The notes beneath the pieces were generated by a model that ran no database searches, was not told where the DNA came from, and saw only the letters and a list, made by a program, of their open reading frames with translations. 64,000 nucleotides of DNA from an uncultured bacterium (GTDB lineage: Bacteria > SAR324 > NAC60-12). Position 1 is the first letter of the stretch. Each line of letters begins with the position of its first letter. Of the stretch, positions 61,386-64,000 are shown piece by piece. The position numbers were made by a program, and so were the translations under genes. Location of the stretch: NCBI GenBank assembly GCA_965662235.1, contig CBFIGY010000001.1:385237-449236 (forward strand). Reading direction: 5' to 3'.

Positions 61386-63770
61386 TCACGGCAACGTGAG
61401 CTTGCGCAAGGCGCCGGTGGTGGTGCCCCGGACTTCTAGGACGTCTCCAGAGCGCGCTTCCAGCGTCAAGGAAGCCGTGCCGCTGTCGTTTCCGACAAAC
61501 TGCCGCTCTTCTCCTCGGAGGCGGATGACGAGGCGGGGGCCCTGGTCCCACGCACTCAGCTCCCACTGCTCCTCTCCCAGAGGCCGTGCTGTGAGCGACG
61601 CTGACTGAGCAGGAGCCTTTTGAGAGGCTGCAGCCCAGCTTTGCTCGAAGACGGTCACCCCGGTTTCATTTTGAATCACCACCTGCTGCAATGGCGCAGA
61701 CCCCGGAATCCAGACGCTGAAGTGCTGACGGGGAAGGTGGTCCAGCTCTGTGAGCTGCACCGGAAGCGTCACTGCAGAGCCGTCTTGCCGAGTGACCACC
61801 GCCTGGTAACGAGAGGAGGCCTGGGTTTCGCGGCGGTTCTCAAGAAACAGGAGGCTGCTGAACGACCACTGTTGGGATTCATCCTGTTTACCGGTCAGCA
61901 GCCAGCCTCCGTCAGAGGCGACTCGAACCTGAGCTGCAGACGCGCTGGAAGCCGGGAGCTGCTCCTGGAAGGCCCGGAGGTTGCGGTAGGTGTAGTCCGA
62001 AACCCAAGCCGGGTCGCAGTAGCTCATGATGTCGTAGTGAGTGGACGGGGCCATTAGCCGATGCTTGAAGAAATCGTAGCCAACAGAATCCGTATGAGCA
62101 GTGGCATTGGGATAGTTGGGGTCCGTATTGGTAATGTCTGAACACGCGGGGTTGGTTCCATGATCGACGTGCCTGCGGCCATGATTGTGCCCAAGTTCAT
62201 GAGCGGCAATGTTGCCTACCGCCTGCTTCGCGACCAACCCGATTCCAGACAGAGGTGAGTAGCAGCCTCCACCGGGGGAGTTGACGTAAGCCAAACCTCC
62301 TATCCCCGTACCGTTCTTGATCAATCCATAGTAAAAGCGGTTGCAGTTTTGATTGTTCAGCTCCTGTGTCCGCATGTCGTCAAGCCCCGAAAGGATCTCA
62401 CCCCAAGCATCAAGGGTGCTGGCGGTCCCTGGGTAGGAGTAAGGGGTGCTGGAGACGTCAAAGGTGATGGAGTGATTCGGGTAAATCGCATTGAGGGCGA
62501 GCCCAATCTCTACTTTGGCCACATTCATTTCACTGACTGAAGGAACCCCATCAGCTGCCGAAACGGGAACCAGTTTAACGTATAACGGAACCTGCTCCTT
62601 AAACTCAAAGGACTGAGTCTGCGTCTGCTGTACGCCAGAGCTGTTATCGATGCTGGTTCCATTGTCAATGGTGACCGTGAAGTTTTGGACTCCGGTTTGG
62701 AACCAACTTGCTGCGGTGTCACGGAGGTCAAAGGTGGCCACGCAGGAAGCTTCTTGAGAGGTGGCATAGGGGGTATTGAGTAAAGGGCCTGTGAGCTCCA
62801 GAAAATTGGATCCGGAAGAGAGCTTCACCACCCCGGGTTGACCAACATCAGGACCTGTAATGTTGAAGAATGCTCGGACCACCCCGGGTTTTCCTGTGAT
62901 CAGGGTGGTGTTGTCTGAAGTCGCACGGCTTCCTACCTCAACGGCCTGCAGGATCGTCAGGTTGTCGATGCTGATGGCAAAGTTGCCGTTGACAGTGTGA
63001 ACCGTAAGAGGATTGGAGTAGGCACTTTTGATCCCGGAGGCTGTGGCTTGCACCAGAAAGGTATCGCCGTCGGAGGCTGAGACCTCCTTCTCAGTGCTGC
63101 TGGTTGTTCCTTGAGAAGTAGGCTCTCCTGAGATGACCTTGAAAACCTCGTATGCGCTGGCGCCCGTGACCGGATTCCACGAGAGCTGAGCCTGGCTGCC
63201 ATCAAAGGTGCCGCTCAGGGCTGGCGGGGACAGAAGGGGATCTCCAATGGTTACCGTTGTGGACCTTCTTGCTCCGGTCCTTTCCAGGGCTTCTTCCTCG
63301 GTTCCTGCGGAGAGCGTGAGCGTGAGGGTTTCTCCTTTCTTGAACCAAGAGCTGTAACGGTCGCAACCGTAACCGCTCCAGGCATCAACGAGAGAGGGAT
63401 TATAACTCAGACTCATGCTTTGGCATTCGTCGACCGTGAAATAAAAATAACGATTTCCTTTTTGAACAAACAAAACATGAGAAGCGGCACCCTTGAGGGG
63501 CTTCCAAGAGACCAACAGCCCTGTATTGTCCGGCTTGTTGGAGACGTTGAGGTCAAGGTAAGACACCTCCGCATTTTCAGATGCTTGCAGGCTAGGCTCG
63601 CAGGTCACCTCATTCACTGAGGTCACGGTCGGAAGAACCCCGTTTGCGTAAGGGTCGAGGCTGTTCAGGTCTGTAGTGCTTGGAGCATCAGATTCATCTT
63701 TGGTGCTGCAACTGACTAAGGTCAGGAGCAAGAGGAGGCTGATGCCGAGAAGCGTTCTGGAGACAGTCAT
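61386..63770 (-). CDS. Large lipoprotein with metzincin zinc-metalloprotease domain (M66-like) and beta-rich/Fn3-like N-terminal domains
   Basis: Lipobox LVSC after MTVSRTLLGISLLLLL; AHELGHNHGRRH (HExxHxxGxxH); Met-turn DIMSY. The frame is also open up to ATG 63995. Confidence 0.85.
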   Translation of the reverse strand: MTVSRTLLGISLLLLLTLVSCSTKDESDAPSTTDLNSLDPYANGVLPTVTSVNEVTCEPSLQASENAEVSYLDLNVSNKPDNTGLLVSWKPLKGAASHVLFVQKGNRYFYFTVDECQSMSLSYNPSLVDAWSGYGCDRYSSWFKKGETLTLTLSAGTEEEALERTGARRSTTVTIGDPLLSPPALSGTFDGSQAQLSWNPVTGASAYEVFKVISGEPTSQGTTSSTEKEVSASDGDTFLVQATASGIKSAYSNPLTVHTVNGNFAISIDNLTILQAVEVGSRATSDNTTLITGKPGVVRAFFNITGPDVGQPGVVKLSSGSNFLELTGPLLNTPYATSQEASCVATFDLRDTAASWFQTGVQNFTVTIDNGTSIDNSSGVQQTQTQSFEFKEQVPLYVKLVPVSAADGVPSVSEMNVAKVEIGLALNAIYPNHSITFDVSSTPYSYPGTASTLDAWGEILSGLDDMRTQELNNQNCNRFYYGLIKNGTGIGGLAYVNSPGGGCYSPLSGIGLVAKQAVGNIAAHELGHNHGRRHVDHGTNPACSDITNTDPNYPNATAHTDSVGYDFFKHRLMAPSTHYDIMSYCDPAWVSDYTYRNLRAFQEQLPASSASAAQVRVASDGGWLLTGKQDESQQWSFSSLLFLENRRETQASSRYQAVVTRQDGSAVTLPVQLTELDHLPRQHFSVWIPGSAPLQQVVIQNETGVTVFEQSWAAASQKAPAQSASLTARPLGEEQWELSAWDQGPRLVIRLRGEERQFVGNDSGTASLTLEARSGDVLEVRGTTTGALRKLTLP

Positions 63771-64000
63771 GGGGCTCGCTCTGCTAAGGTCAGCGCTGCT
63801 AAGGAGATTAGCGTTTGGCTGAGTTGGAAAGGCTCCCACAACGAGTCTGTTGTGGGAGTTTTCAACAGTGGCGGTCTGCTGAGTGTCTGAGGAGGTTGAG
63901 TGTCTGAGGGGATTACAGGTAGTCTGCGAGAGACTTCCCCGTTGAGGTCGCTGGAGTTGGTTCTGGATGAGAGGTGGCGTGAGCGTTGTGCTCATGACCT

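Noticed and set aside
63767..63991. Alternative-frame ORF ending in an ATGA overlap with the lipoprotein start
   Set aside because: Bounded by a stop at 63992-63994 with no ATG or credible early start.

Overview
A gene-dense, GC-rich (about 60% by eye) bacterial chromosome segment, mostly core genome. The split F0 atp operon, HrcA/CIRCE control of groESL and overall gene style suggest a deltaproteobacterial or SAR324-like organism (inference only). From left to right: a polyol/sugar catabolic locus (two FGGY kinases, SorC-family regulator, ABC permeases and binding protein, AraM-like dehydrogenase, SIS isomerase, SDR); HNH nuclease; acnA; 4CL-like ligase; FliM-like protein; SutA-like small protein; csp; pal-tolQ-tolR-lpxB-tldD-pmbA; M16 peptidase; inositol-type ABC operon with a PhyH dioxygenase and an RpiR regulator; gyrA-ppi and Fe-S genes; atpZ/I/B/E; rarA; groESL; PTS-IIA/ClC; a second tldD-pmbA pair; DUF2202; Gfo/Idh/MocA; ITPase; yejEF; an orphan histidine kinase; fused trpE(G); uvrB; and a lower-GC metzincin lipoprotein. 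I saw no rRNA, tRNA, CRISPR array, transposase, integrase or prophage. The most interesting signals are non-coding: (1) a CIRCE element overlapping the sigma70 promoter of the SutA-like gene; (2) an array of GGA-loop hairpins resembling CsrA/RsmA sites upstream of the FliM-like gene; (3) strong over-representation of the palindrome TCCGGA; (4) three operator-like boxes at exact 31-bp phasing in the polyol locus. All family calls come from motif recognition by eye, not database searches.
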